From the NCBI GenBank assembly GCA_026986575.1, contig JALSOH010000004.1, positions 800,001 through 864,000 on the forward strand: a stretch of DNA of 64,000 bases, written 5' to 3'. The stretch's first letter is position 1; each line of letters opens with the position of its first letter. The DNA comes from Thermoproteota archaeon. GTDB lineage: Archaea; Korarchaeota; Korarchaeia; Korarchaeales; Korarchaeaceae. Below, piece by piece: positions 30,849-40,878 of this stretch. A program made the translations under genes and the position numbers. The notes beneath the pieces were generated by a model. The model ran no database searches and was not told the origin of the DNA. It was given only the letters and a program-made list of their open reading frames with translations.

Positions 30849-31346
30849 ATGATGGAGATGGATTGGAAGGACCTCCTGATAGATCTGTACATGAGGAGAG
30901 CGGAAAAGAACGTCTTAGAGGTAGGTACAGGTTTCGGAGCTAACTTATCTCTCCTCTTGGAGGTCTTCCCAGATTCTACGATAGTGACAGTTGATCCCGA
31001 ACTCTCCGCATCGAACAGGGTTCCTCAGGGGGTTCACTTCGTCCAATCAAGCGCCGAAAGCCTACCCTTCCGGGACGAATCCTTCGATCTGCTCTCGACC
31101 GTTGCCACGATTCACCACCTCACCGACGTTCAGGCAGCGCTTGGCGAGTTCAGGAGGGTACTCAGATGCACCGGCAGGCTGGTCATAATGGACTGGACCC
31201 CCGACTCTAGGTACAATCCACATGGGAGGGAGAGGGTGGCGAGGAGCATGGAAGAGGTAATGTCCTCCGTGGACCACTATGTACAGGTCATCCACATGGA
31301 GGAGGAAGAGGATTACTACGTGATATGCGGGGCCAAGCTCTGCTGA
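30849..31346 (+). CDS. Class I SAM-dependent methyltransferase
   Basis: VLEVGTGFG, AESLPF..ESFD, IHHL, EFRRVL. Confidence 0.85.
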   Translation: MMEMDWKDLLIDLYMRRAEKNVLEVGTGFGANLSLLLEVFPDSTIVTVDPELSASNRVPQGVHFVQSSAESLPFRDESFDLLSTVATIHHLTDVQAALGEFRRVLRCTGRLVIMDWTPDSRYNPHGRERVARSMEEVMSSVDHYVQVIHMEEEEDYYVICGAKLC

Positions 31347-31365
31347 GCTGGCGATAAACCTAAAT

Positions 31366-31400
31366 ATGATAATATTAATTATCATAATGAGAATTATCAT
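31366..31400 (+). promoter_or_regulatory. Palindrome plus direct repeat over the ATPase promoter
   Basis: ATGATAATattaATTATCAT followed by a second AATTATCAT ending at the start codon. Confidence 0.5.
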
Positions 31401-32727
31401 GTTTGTGGACAGGAAGGAGGAGCTGGAAGCCCTGAAAGAGAGGCTGGAATCTGACTCGTTCGAGTTCATAGTGGTGATGGGGAGGAGGAGAATAGGGAAG
31501 ACCCGTCTCATCTTGGAAGCTGTCAAGGGAAAGGATTACATCTATTATCTGGCGGTTGAGGGAGGTAACTTAAGGTACTTCAAGCTGACGGCATCCCGCC
31601 TCGTTCCTCAGGCTAGGTACGCGATGGAGGATTGGGAATCTATATTCACTTTCCTGAAGGACAGGATAGTGGTTATAGACGAATTCCCTAACATGGTGAA
31701 GGAAGATCCTAGTGTCGTCTCGGTCTTCCAGAGGATAGTTGACTTACACCTGCGCGGTACTAGGACGAAGCTGATTCTGTGCGGTTCCTCAGTCTCCATG
31801 ATGAAGGATAAGGTCCTCTCCTACAAGAGCCCATTGTACGGCAGGAGGACCTCCACCCTCAGGCTGGGTCCCCTGAGGTTCCCCGACCTCAAGGGATTCT
31901 TCCCCTCCTCAAGTTGGGAGGAGCTTGTAGAGATCTACGGCTTTGCTGACGGGGTCCCCTACTACCTGAGCAAGGTCAGGACACCCTTCTGGTCTTGGTT
32001 GGAGAGCGAGCTAAAGTCACCAGACACGTTCCTCAAGGAGGAGGTGGACTTCCTGCTTAAATACGAGTTCACCGAGCTATCCACCTACAGGAAGATACTG
32101 GAGGCCATAGCCCACGGGAAGAACACTCCCAAGGAGATAAGGGACTATACAGGGTTGAGTCACTCGGACCTAACTCCCTACCTGAGAAACCTGATGGATG
32201 TGGAGCTCGTGGTCAGGGAGGTCCCGGTCACCGACAGGTGGAACTCCAAGAGGGGACGCTACTACTTAGCGGACAACTTCCTCACCTTCTGGTTCAGGTT
32301 CGTGGCGCCAAACCTCTCCCTCATAGAGGAGGGACTTCTAGACGTGGAAACTGTGAGAGCGAGTTACCCGCAGTATTTAGGAATTATCTTCGAGAAGGTG
32401 GCGAGGGAGGTCGTGATAAGCCTCATCAGAAGTGGGAGACTCGGCATGAGGGTTACAAGGCTCGGCAGGTGGTGGGGGAGAGGTGAGGAGATAGATCTGG
32501 TGTTGGTAGACGATGAGAAGAGAAAGGCGCTACTCATGGAGGCCAAGTGGTCTGATTTAAGCGCTAAGGATGTGAGAAGGGTTGTCAGGGAGCTGATGCG
32601 CAAGGGACAGCTCCTATTAGAGGGATACGATAAGGAATACCTGATTGTAGCTAGGAGGGCCGAGGAAGTTGAGGGGGTAAGGGTACTGGACCTCAGATCG
32701 TTCGGTGAGGTCTTCGGAGGAGCTTGA
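31399..32727 (+). CDS. Archaeal ATPase (ATPase_2) + wHTH + DUF234 nuclease-like domain
   Basis: FVDRKEEL, GRRRIGKT, VIDEFP, SPLYGRR, GRWW..GEEID..EAKW. Confidence 0.9.
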   Translation: MFVDRKEELEALKERLESDSFEFIVVMGRRRIGKTRLILEAVKGKDYIYYLAVEGGNLRYFKLTASRLVPQARYAMEDWESIFTFLKDRIVVIDEFPNMVKEDPSVVSVFQRIVDLHLRGTRTKLILCGSSVSMMKDKVLSYKSPLYGRRTSTLRLGPLRFPDLKGFFPSSSWEELVEIYGFADGVPYYLSKVRTPFWSWLESELKSPDTFLKEEVDFLLKYEFTELSTYRKILEAIAHGKNTPKEIRDYTGLSHSDLTPYLRNLMDVELVVREVPVTDRWNSKRGRYYLADNFLTFWFRFVAPNLSLIEEGLLDVETVRASYPQYLGIIFEKVAREVVISLIRSGRLGMRVTRLGRWWGRGEEIDLVLVDDEKRKALLMEAKWSDLSAKDVRRVVRELMRKGQLLLEGYDKEYLIVARRAEEVEGVRVLDLRSFGEVFGGA

Positions 32728-32747
32728 TTAATTCCCCCGTGGGATTG

Positions 32748-34187
32748 CTATTCCAATCCTAGATGATGGAGCATGTGATGGTAGTGATCTACGGGCATGA
32801 GGTGCCAGAAGGCCCTCTCCACCACCTCTGACAGGGCCGGATGGATGTGCATCCCCGTGGATATGGCCATGTATGTGGGGTCCCTCGAGTACATTAGGGT
32901 CACGATCTCCTGTATCAGGATCGAGGCGTGGGGCCCTATTATGTGAGCGCCAACTATGACGCCGCTCTCCGCATCGACTATCACCTTAACGAAGTAGTCT
33001 CTGACGCCCATTGCCTCTCCTTTGGCCGTGTCCTCGTATCTGTGGAACCCTATGAGCACTCTGTCCTTCCCTAGCTTCTCTACGGCTTCAGCCTCTCTCA
33101 TCCCCACGGAGGCCACCTCCGGGTAGGTGAAGACAGCATGAGGAACTGCGTGGTAGCTCATCTTGACCTTGTGACCCATTATGTTGTAGAAGATGACCTT
33201 GGACTCGTAGTTGGCCACATGCTTAAACAGGTACTTGCCGTTCGCGTCACCGCATACCCATACTCCCGGCTGGGAGGCCTCCAGATACTCATTCACCTTT
33301 ATCCAACCCTGCTCATCTGTCTCTATGCCAGCCCTCTCCGGATGGAGTATGTCCGTGTTGGGCGCCCTGCCGGCCGCCATCAAGATCTCGTCAGCGACGA
33401 AGGTGACCTCCTCATCCGTCTCCCTGTTTATTGCGATGAGCTCCTTCTTACCGTCGGGCGTCTTCTTGGCCTTAACGACCTCGTGATTCGTGTATATGTC
33501 AACGAACCTCCCCAGCTCCCTCTTGGCCAGCTTGGAGACCTCAGGTTCCTCTTGAGGTAGGAACTGGGGGTTTCTCCCTATGATAGTTACCTTAGTGCCC
33601 ATCGCTGAGAAGAAGTGGCCGAATTCAGCCGCTATATAGCCTCCCCCAATTATCGCAAGGGAGTCGGGCCTCTCAAAGAGGTGGAAGACCGTCTTGTTGG
33701 TGTGATAGCCTACCTCCTCCAGCCCCTCTATCGGGGGGATGTAGGGCTTAGATCCCGAACAGAGGAGGATTAGGTTCGACTTGATCAGCTTGTCCCCCAC
33801 CTTAAGCGTGTAGGGGGCGACGAACTCCGCCACCTCCTGATAATAGTCTATGTTCGGATGCTGGCTCAATCCCCTCCTTATCATCTCTATCTCCGGATCT
33901 ATCAGGCTACGCATCCTCCTCATTACCCTCTCATAGTCTACCTTCCTTATCTCAACATCTATGCCGAAGCGACGGGCGTCCTCCACTATCCTGAGGACAT
34001 CGGCGGAGTGTATGAGGATCTTGGAGGGTATACATCCCCTGGTGAGGCAGATGCCTCCAGGCTCGTCTTTGTCTATCACGGCCACCTTCATATCAGGATT
34101 GTGGTGGAGGAGGCCATCAACTATGTTCATCGCGGTTCCAGTACCTATGGCTATGGCGTCATACTCCACGGGCTCTGGCATGCTCAT
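32748..34187 (-). CDS. Pyridine nucleotide-disulfide oxidoreductase (dihydrolipoyl dehydrogenase/mycothione reductase-like)
   Basis: GGICLTRGCIPSK, GGGYIAAE, IHPALSE; His-rich C-terminus. Confidence 0.88.
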   Translation of the reverse strand: MSMPEPVEYDAIAIGTGTAMNIVDGLLHHNPDMKVAVIDKDEPGGICLTRGCIPSKILIHSADVLRIVEDARRFGIDVEIRKVDYERVMRRMRSLIDPEIEMIRRGLSQHPNIDYYQEVAEFVAPYTLKVGDKLIKSNLILLCSGSKPYIPPIEGLEEVGYHTNKTVFHLFERPDSLAIIGGGYIAAEFGHFFSAMGTKVTIIGRNPQFLPQEEPEVSKLAKRELGRFVDIYTNHEVVKAKKTPDGKKELIAINRETDEEVTFVADEILMAAGRAPNTDILHPERAGIETDEQGWIKVNEYLEASQPGVWVCGDANGKYLFKHVANYESKVIFYNIMGHKVKMSYHAVPHAVFTYPEVASVGMREAEAVEKLGKDRVLIGFHRYEDTAKGEAMGVRDYFVKVIVDAESGVIVGAHIIGPHASILIQEIVTLMYSRDPTYMAISTGMHIHPALSEVVERAFWHLMPVDHYHHMLHHLGLE

Positions 34188-34495
34188 CCCGGCCTAGGAG
34201 AGGGTGTCTTTAAAGTACTTGACTCTTGCAGAGGCCCGCGCAAATGAACTGACGGAGGTAGGTCCCAGATCTGAAGTAGTTCCTCCGGAGAGAGAATCCA
34301 GAAGGGCTAAAACTGGCCCAACTTGAGCCTGCTAAGTAGTTTCCAGCTGGACAGACAAGGCACAGCACATTATAACTGCCCGAGCTCCCATGACTGTTGA
34401 GTACTTTGAGGCGTAATGGCTCTAAAACCTTCGGAACTTTTTTAGCTGTGTCATGTGTCCGATAACTCTTAAATATGATCCCGGCGATCCTTTAA

Positions 34496-34815
34496 ATGGT
34501 GAAGGGAAGGCTTCTTATCGAGAGAGAAAGTTTAGGACATAGGTTACCGCATGTTCGTACTAAATTTAGCTAATGAGCATGGCTTGACTGGTTTTCAAGC
34601 TCGTAATGTGGGAAAGAAGGCAGTAGAGGCTCTATACTAGGGGGGCGATGAAGCGGGAGATCTTTCGAGGACGGGATCAATTGGTTAGTGCCTGAGGTGC
34701 TCGAGTGGATAGGATTCATTTCGAGGACTACGAAGGGCCGGTCAAGGACGTAGAGAGGTTCAGGGCCCTGAAGAGGGACGTGGCGCTGATAAAGGGGAGG
34801 TCGGGGGTAGAGTAG
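34496..34815 (+). pseudogene. Second, heavily decayed acylphosphatase-coiled-coil paralogue
   Basis: V*DIGYRMFVLNLANEHGLTGFQARNVGKKAVEALY*G and EDYEGPVKDVERFR|ALKRDVALIK match the 14147-14677 copy, with stops, frameshifts and an internal deletion. Confidence 0.8.
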
Positions 34816-34962
34816 TGGTCTCTAATAACATTCCTAATTAACTCGTAAGCTAATAGCAAAAGCCCGGAATAACTCTTGGCTACCTTCAGGCTTCTATCTT
34901 CCCAGCCGGTCATCGACAGCTCGCTTTAAAACCCCCGTCGATTGGGATCTCTCGGGATTTCT

Positions 34963-35877
34963 ATGAGGTATGAGCAGTTGGGGAGGACAGGTATAAAGGT
35001 CTCCAAAATAGGACTGGGGACATGGCAGTTCGGCGCCAGCTATTGGGGTTGGGGGAAGGAAATAGGTGAAGAGGAGGCCATCTCCATAATAAGGAGGGCC
35101 TTGGAACTCGGAATCAACTTCATAGATACTGCGGAGATATACGGATGGGGGAGGTCCGAGAGGGTAATAGGGAAGGCGCTGAGCCGGTTGGACAGGGAGG
35201 AAGTGGTGATAGCCACCAAGGTCTTTCCCTACAGGGTCACCGTCTCAGGAGTACTGAAGGCGCTGAGAAACAGTCTGAGGAGGCTGAACACCAGTTACGT
35301 GGACTTATACCAGATCCACTGGCCCAGCCCCATATTCCCCCTGAAGGGGGCGATGAGGGCGCTGGAGAGGGAGCTGGAAGAGGGGAGGATAAGGGCCATA
35401 GGGGTGAGCAACTTCTCCTTAAAGCAGATGGAGGAGGCCAGGAGCTACCTCCAGAGGCACGACCTAGCCAGTGACCAGATCGAGTACAATCTCCTCAAGA
35501 GGGATCCAGAGAGAGATCTAATCCCTCATTGCCAGAGGGAAGGTATCACGATAATAGCGTATAGCCCTCTAGCACAGGGACTGCTTACCGGGAAGTACGG
35601 GCCGGGGAGGATGCCTAAGGGACTGCAGAGGAGGCTGAACATATGGCACCTTTACGGGAGGATCGATTGGTCGGTGGTTGAGAGGCTGAAGGAACTAGCG
35701 GACAGGAAGGGAGGAGAACCGAGTCCTGCCCAGCTCGCTCTGGCGTGGGTGATAAGAGATGAGGGAGTGGACGCAATCCCCGGGGCTAAGAGCCTGGATC
35801 AACTCAGGAGCAATGCTAAAGCTGCGGAGATAGAACTTAGTGATGAAGACATCTCCTTCCTTGAAGTTCCCGAATGA
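34963..35877 (+). CDS. Aldo/keto reductase
   Basis: IGLGTWQFG, DTAEIYG, IATK, DLYQIHWP, GVSNF, AYSPL. Confidence 0.92.
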   Translation: MRYEQLGRTGIKVSKIGLGTWQFGASYWGWGKEIGEEEAISIIRRALELGINFIDTAEIYGWGRSERVIGKALSRLDREEVVIATKVFPYRVTVSGVLKALRNSLRRLNTSYVDLYQIHWPSPIFPLKGAMRALERELEEGRIRAIGVSNFSLKQMEEARSYLQRHDLASDQIEYNLLKRDPERDLIPHCQREGITIIAYSPLAQGLLTGKYGPGRMPKGLQRRLNIWHLYGRIDWSVVERLKELADRKGGEPSPAQLALAWVIRDEGVDAIPGAKSLDQLRSNAKAAEIELSDEDISFLEVPE

Positions 35878-36053
35878 CCCTTCCGTGACGATCGATCCAA
35901 ACGCAACTGCAATCTGACATCGATCTGTGGGTACGATGACTTGCATGAGAAGTTCCCGATGACTCGAGAGCCATCTTGTCCATCAGCTCGTCTTCACCTT
36001 CATCGCGCCCACTCAGGAGGGGATCTTTATTACTCTCCCTCCCCGTAGGGCAT

Positions 36054-36728
36054 GTGGATAGATCCTACATATACTACCCGCTCGCCATGATGCTGATAAT
36101 GCTCCTCTTCCTCTTCCTACTCCCCATAATGCTCCTGCTCTTCTTGGGCATGGTGGGGAGGGCCTTCACCAAGATAGGTTTGGCTCCTTGGCAGACATGG
36201 ATTCTCCTTCTCTCCACTCTGGTAGGCAGTGCGGTGAACATCCCTGTGTGGGAGAAGAGGACTTACGAGGTCGTGGACGAAGTCGAAGTACTTTTCCTCA
36301 GGGTGAAACTCCCTCCAGTCAGGATAGAGAGGAGAATCGTGATAGCGGTTAACTTGGGAGGGGCGCTCATCCCCACTGCATTCTCCCTCTTCCTCCTATC
36401 TAAGATTGGTCTCAGGCCGGGGATCATAGCCTCGCTGGCCATCGTGACTCTTGTTAGTTATGCCTTCAGCAGGCCAGTCAGAGGTGTGGGCATTGTGATG
36501 CCCTTTTACATGGCCCCGATAACAGCAGCTCTCTCCTCACTGATACTAGCTCCCCAATATACTGGGGTCAGCGCCTACGTGTCAGGGACTCTCGGAACCC
36601 TGATAGGGGCTGATCTGCTCAGACTTAGGGAAGTGGAGAAGATAGGCAGCGGCCTAGTGAGCATAGGTGGAGCAGGTGTGTTCGACGGCATATTCCTCTC
36701 TGGGGTGCTGGCTGTCCTCCTCAGTTGA
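36054..36728 (+). CDS. DUF1614-family membrane protein
   Basis: GSAVNIP, AVNLGGALIP, SRPVRGVGI, GTLIGADL, SIGGAGVFDGIF. Confidence 0.85.
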   Translation: MDRSYIYYPLAMMLIMLLFLFLLPIMLLLFLGMVGRAFTKIGLAPWQTWILLLSTLVGSAVNIPVWEKRTYEVVDEVEVLFLRVKLPPVRIERRIVIAVNLGGALIPTAFSLFLLSKIGLRPGIIASLAIVTLVSYAFSRPVRGVGIVMPFYMAPITAALSSLILAPQYTGVSAYVSGTLGTLIGADLLRLREVEKIGSGLVSIGGAGVFDGIFLSGVLAVLLS

Positions 36729-36840
36729 CGACCTCGCATCATACGATGCGCTCCAAAAACGTTGTTCTGGGGGAGTGCAAACGGTTAACGCTAAAGTGTT
36801 AAAAAGTAGAAAGTTGTGGGGGTTAATGCTCTTAGTCAGA

Positions 36841-37473
36841 TCATCCCCCTAAGCTGAGCTCTCCAGATCCCTTGGCTACATTGTGCTTCTTCGTGAACAT
36901 GTCCTCATCCGCCATGGCGAAGATGAACGCGATCTTGGTCCTTAGCTTCAGGTCCTTGTCGTACTTATCACCCGTTGATAACTTTCTCTTGAACTCTATA
37001 GTGGTCACACCGCTCTTCTCCGATCCTCCATAAGATAGGATGTCGTTCCTGCCTCCCAGCTTCTCATCCGGTGGATGGGGTCCTGTTTCTCCTGTGGAAT
37101 AGGCATCAATGACCGTAGCCTTGCCGTCCTTCACCCATCCTATCACCATGTCCGCGTCTTTCATCCTCTTCGTTGGCTCAAATCCTATCGCAACCCATCC
37201 CTTGGTCTTTCCTACCAAGGCCATGTAGAGGTACTCTCCGTCAGTTTTCCAGTAGACCTTGAATCTTCCCTCCGCCAGTTCCAGTTCTTGATCATACTCT
37301 CCCTTTGACACAACCCCATCGGGCTTCCACACCACTTCCTCCTTGATAGCTGTCTGTTTGGAAGTCACAGGCACAATAGGAGTTTTCTGGGCTGACTTCA
37401 ACGTCATATAGAGCAGGACCGCGATGAGGATTACAAGAACGGCGATCACTCCTAGCAGAACTGACTTGTTCAT
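36841..37473 (-). CDS. Membrane-anchored DOMON-domain protein
   Basis: N-terminal TM segment; GWVAIGF, M..ADMVIG, EFKRKL.TGD, late His (KH). Confidence 0.88.
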   Translation of the reverse strand: MNKSVLLGVIAVLVILIAVLLYMTLKSAQKTPIVPVTSKQTAIKEEVVWKPDGVVSKGEYDQELELAEGRFKVYWKTDGEYLYMALVGKTKGWVAIGFEPTKRMKDADMVIGWVKDGKATVIDAYSTGETGPHPPDEKLGGRNDILSYGGSEKSGVTTIEFKRKLSTGDKYDKDLKLRTKIAFIFAMADEDMFTKKHNVAKGSGELSLGG

Positions 37474-37669
37474 ATGGAGCTTGGAGTCTCAGAGTGATAA
37501 ATGTGAGACCAAATTTACCCCCTAATCATGCACAAATTTATCATGAATTAGTAAAAAATTCCGAGAGATGTCAATAGTACCAATCTAAATTAACGTTTTT
37601 ATGAGTGACGTTTGGGATACCGTATGTCAAGGGATTTAAGGTTCACAGCACCACCTCCTGAGGTAGTAA

Positions 37670-37951
37670 ATGGAGACCTTGAGGCTCAGGAAGATACTCG
37701 TATGGTTGTTGAACGGTTCGAGAGGAGGGCCCACAAGGCTGAAAATATTGAAAGCTCTCAAAGAAAGACCCATGAACCCGAATCAACTCGCAAAAGCACT
37801 CGACCTGAACTACAAGACTGTGATACACCACTTAACGGTACTGGAAAGGCATGGTCTGATCGTGAGACTGGGGAGCGGCTACGGCGTTCCCTACTTTCTC
37901 TCCGACGTATTGGAGAGGAACTGGGAGATTGTACAATCCCTCACTGGGTGA
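37670..37951 (+). CDS. Archaeal ArsR-like winged-helix regulator
   Basis: WLL.GSRGG.TR..IL..L..RPMN.NQLA..L..NYKTV.HHL. Confidence 0.85.
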   Translation: METLRLRKILVWLLNGSRGGPTRLKILKALKERPMNPNQLAKALDLNYKTVIHHLTVLERHGLIVRLGSGYGVPYFLSDVLERNWEIVQSLTG

Positions 37952-37955
37952 TTCA

Positions 37956-38237
37956 ATGATCGGCATTTACTGGATCTTCAACTTGGTTCTTGTCTTCGTG
38001 GAGGCAGTCTTCTTGACACTCACCCTCAGAAACTACTCCCTCCTCCGGAATACTACCGTGGGCAAGCTTCTAGTGGCAGTATCAGCTATATTCCTAGTCC
38101 AATCGATATCGATGTTCGTGTCCTTCCTCATATGGGCGGAAATGGGATACACAGTCAATGTGGCGGGACCGCTCCTAATGATCTCGGGATTGGGCGCGTT
38201 GGGATCGGCCATTCTTTACCGAATCTCCAGCATGTAA
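37956..38237 (+). CDS. Small three-TM membrane protein coupled to the wHTH regulator
   Basis: Three hydrophobic helices; GGTGA RBS overlapping the regulator stop. Confidence 0.7.
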   Translation: MIGIYWIFNLVLVFVEAVFLTLTLRNYSLLRNTTVGKLLVAVSAIFLVQSISMFVSFLIWAEMGYTVNVAGPLLMISGLGALGSAILYRISSM

Positions 38238-38560
38238 GTAGAATACTTCTACTCCAAACCAGTTTCGGATCTATACGCCTGTCCTTTTCCTATTTACTCC
38301 GAGACAGGAATGCTCAGCGTATTGATACCCTCCCTGATAACCTATGGCTTTTTCCCACGTTACTAACTAGGGATTCAAATAGTTCCCCAGACTCGGACTT
38401 GTTTACGATTGCCGCTTCCGTTTACCTTAACGACTTATCCTGTTCTCACAATCACTCCCCACGCGGAGGAGGTTGATAATATGGCTAATAGGTACTCCCC
38501 GCCTCAGGTGAATTATGCTCACTGAAACCTTAAAGATCTTATCAATTAACCGTCAACTCG

Positions 38561-39064
38561 GTGATCACAGTGGAGAAGGTGAAGAAGAGACTCTTCATTT
38601 GGCTGTTCGTAATATTAGCCTCATTGGTACTGGGATACGCACTGGACTCCATATATGGTCTGATTTTACCCCCGTGGGCGAGGGTCCTCGGGCTACTAGG
38701 TATGATGGTGGCGGCGCTGATCTTGAGGACCTCGGGCAGGATGCTCAGGAAGTTTGGAAAGCCGGAGGAGTGGGGATGGACCACGAAGCTCGTTACACAC
38801 GGCATATACTCCTGCGTCAGGCACCCTCATCATTTCGGCATCGGACTCTTCGTGACCTCCTTGGGCCTAATCCTCAGCGGCCTGTTCACATTCCTCTTGC
38901 TCACTTTCACCATCTGGGTGAGCGTGATCCTCTTTCTGATAAGGGTGGAGGAGCCAGAGGCCATGGAGAAGTTCGGGGAGGAGTACGAGGATTACAGGAG
39001 AAGAGTACCCATGATCCTGCCTAATCCCCTATGCCTGCTGAGAGAGATCTTAAAGCCAATATGA
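38561..39064 (+). CDS. ICMT/PEMT-family membrane methyltransferase
   Basis: LVTHGIYSCVRHP, EE....KFGEEY..Y...VP. Confidence 0.88.
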   Translation: MITVEKVKKRLFIWLFVILASLVLGYALDSIYGLILPPWARVLGLLGMMVAALILRTSGRMLRKFGKPEEWGWTTKLVTHGIYSCVRHPHHFGIGLFVTSLGLILSGLFTFLLLTFTIWVSVILFLIRVEEPEAMEKFGEEYEDYRRRVPMILPNPLCLLREILKPI

Positions 39065-39150
39065 TCGCACCTCCTCGCCTCACGGTTTTCGGGGCGGCCG
39101 CTGATTCGGGATCTTAATAAGCCACTCCTGATCACAATTTCTGAGGAGCC

Positions 39151-39861
39151 ATGAAGTACCAGATCTTAGGGGATAATCTCCAAGTCCTCGTTATAGAACT
39201 GTCTCCCGGTGAGAGGATATACGCCGAGGCCGGGGCCCTCAACCACATGTCGGGCAACATCAAGATGGATGTGAAGGCCCGCGGCGGGTTCATGGCCAGC
39301 CTGAAGAGGGCCATAGCTGGAGAAACATTCTTCGTAACGGAGTTCTCCGCCGAAGGAGGGCCAGGAGTCGTGTCCTTCGCTGGCACAGCCCCTGGTAAGA
39401 TAGCGGTGCTGGAACTGGATGGCACTAAGGAGTACCTTATCCAGAGGGGCGGCTTTTTGGCAGCTGAGGACGGGGTGGAGGTCACCGCCGGTATGGCTAG
39501 GAAGCTGGGAGCTGCTCTCTTCGGTGGGGAGGGGCTCATAATGGAGAGGGTGCGAGGTGTGGGGAAGGTGTTCATCCACGCGGCCGGGGACTTCATAGAG
39601 TACGATCTGAAGCCAGATCAGGTCCTTAAAGTGGACACCGGGCACTTGGTGGCCTTGGAGGACTCGGTGGACTTCGACATAGAGAGGGTCGGCGGTGTGA
39701 AGTCCATACTGTTCAGTGGGGAGGGCCTCTTCTTCGCGGTGCTGAGGGGCCCGGGCAGGGTGATACTCCAGTCTCTGAACATATCTGCCCTAGCTAAGGA
39801 GATAGCGAGGCACATACCCCAATCTGGGAATAGGGGATTCACTATAACACTGGGTGATTGA
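39151..39861 (+). CDS. AIM24/TIGR00266-family protein
   Basis: AEAGA, GETFF, FGGEG, G.G.VFIH, VDTGHLVA, GPGRVILQS. Confidence 0.9.
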   Translation: MKYQILGDNLQVLVIELSPGERIYAEAGALNHMSGNIKMDVKARGGFMASLKRAIAGETFFVTEFSAEGGPGVVSFAGTAPGKIAVLELDGTKEYLIQRGGFLAAEDGVEVTAGMARKLGAALFGGEGLIMERVRGVGKVFIHAAGDFIEYDLKPDQVLKVDTGHLVALEDSVDFDIERVGGVKSILFSGEGLFFAVLRGPGRVILQSLNISALAKEIARHIPQSGNRGFTITLGD

Positions 39862-40162
39862 TTTGAGAGGGAGGGACGTTGCGGCTCTCCTGCTCCTCAC
39901 CCTAATAGGGCTGCTGGCTGGAGGTATAGTGTTCTGGCTGATCCTCAAATATCTCCCGTTAATCGCTGCCCTCATACTGGCCATCCTCGTTGCCTTAATA
40001 ATGTTAGGTGTACTCGTCTCAGTGGTAGGCTTCTTCTCCGCTGCGGTGGGGGCCCTCTACTACGCGGTTGTGAAGAGACCAAGTACGGGCGGGAGGCCGG
40101 TTACCTTGAGGGATGCCAAGAAGCTGGACAAGGAGGAAGGGAAGTTCGAGGAGGCCGAGTGA
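39854..40162 (+). CDS. Hypothetical membrane protein
   Basis: Long hydrophobic stretch; overlaps the upstream stop. Confidence 0.6.
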   Translation: MIDLRGRDVAALLLLTLIGLLAGGIVFWLILKYLPLIAALILAILVALIMLGVLVSVVGFFSAAVGALYYAVVKRPSTGGRPVTLRDAKKLDKEEGKFEEAE

Positions 40163-40163
40163 A

Positions 40164-40562
40164 TTGAGCCATAGGGAGTCAGAGAGCCTGAAGAGGAGGC
40201 AGGGCGTTCCTAGAGCTAGCTGAGTACAGCCTATCCAGAGGCTTCCACGACATGGCTGTGTTTCACGCCCATCAGGCCATCGAGTATTCGTCAAGGGGGT
40301 ACTGCTTGAGGTGGTGGGCACATACCCGAGGACTCACGATCTGATGGAGCTCTTGGGTGACTGGCTCTCCGAGAAGTGCGATCTCATATCTAAACTCTTG
40401 AATGAGAGGGGTGAGAAGATAGAGCATCTCACAGATGCCTACTTCAGCTCTAGGTACGGTGAAAGGAACTTCAGGCGCGAGCTAGCCATCTCATTTGTCG
40501 AACTGGCTCGGGAGGTGATTAGAGTTGCGAGCCTATGTGAGGAAGAGGATAGAGAGAGCTGA
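40164..40562 (+). pseudogene. HEPN-domain gene with two frameshifts
   Basis: MSHRESESLKRR | RAFLELAEYSLSRGFHDMAVFHAHQAIE | FVKGVLLEVVGTYPRTHDL...YFSSRY as three out-of-frame segments. Confidence 0.75.
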
Positions 40563-40878
40563 AATGGTAAAGAGGTGGAGGGAGCACGTGAGAGAGATCG
40601 CCCGATCAGCGAGGAGAGTCTTGGGAGATGTGGAGATATACGTGTTCGGTAGCGCTGTGGAAGAGAGGCTCACCGCCTCTTCCGACGTCGATCTGCTCAT
40701 TGTGTGCGAGAAAGCCCCTAGGGACTTTGAGGAGTACGAGGATCTCAAGGAGAGGATACTGAGGGGAGCTGGCTTGGAAACTAGGTCTCCCTTCCAGCTG
40801 CACATAGTGGACAGGGACGGAGCTAGGTTCTACTTGGAGAACCTCATGGTGAGGGCTGAGAGGGTCCCTCATCCTTAG
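40525..40878 (+). CDS. Minimal nucleotidyltransferase (MNT)
   Basis: YVFGSAV...ASSDVDLLIV, PFQLHIV. Confidence 0.88.
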   Translation: MRAYVRKRIERAEMVKRWREHVREIARSARRVLGDVEIYVFGSAVEERLTASSDVDLLIVCEKAPRDFEEYEDLKERILRGAGLETRSPFQLHIVDRDGARFYLENLMVRAERVPHP

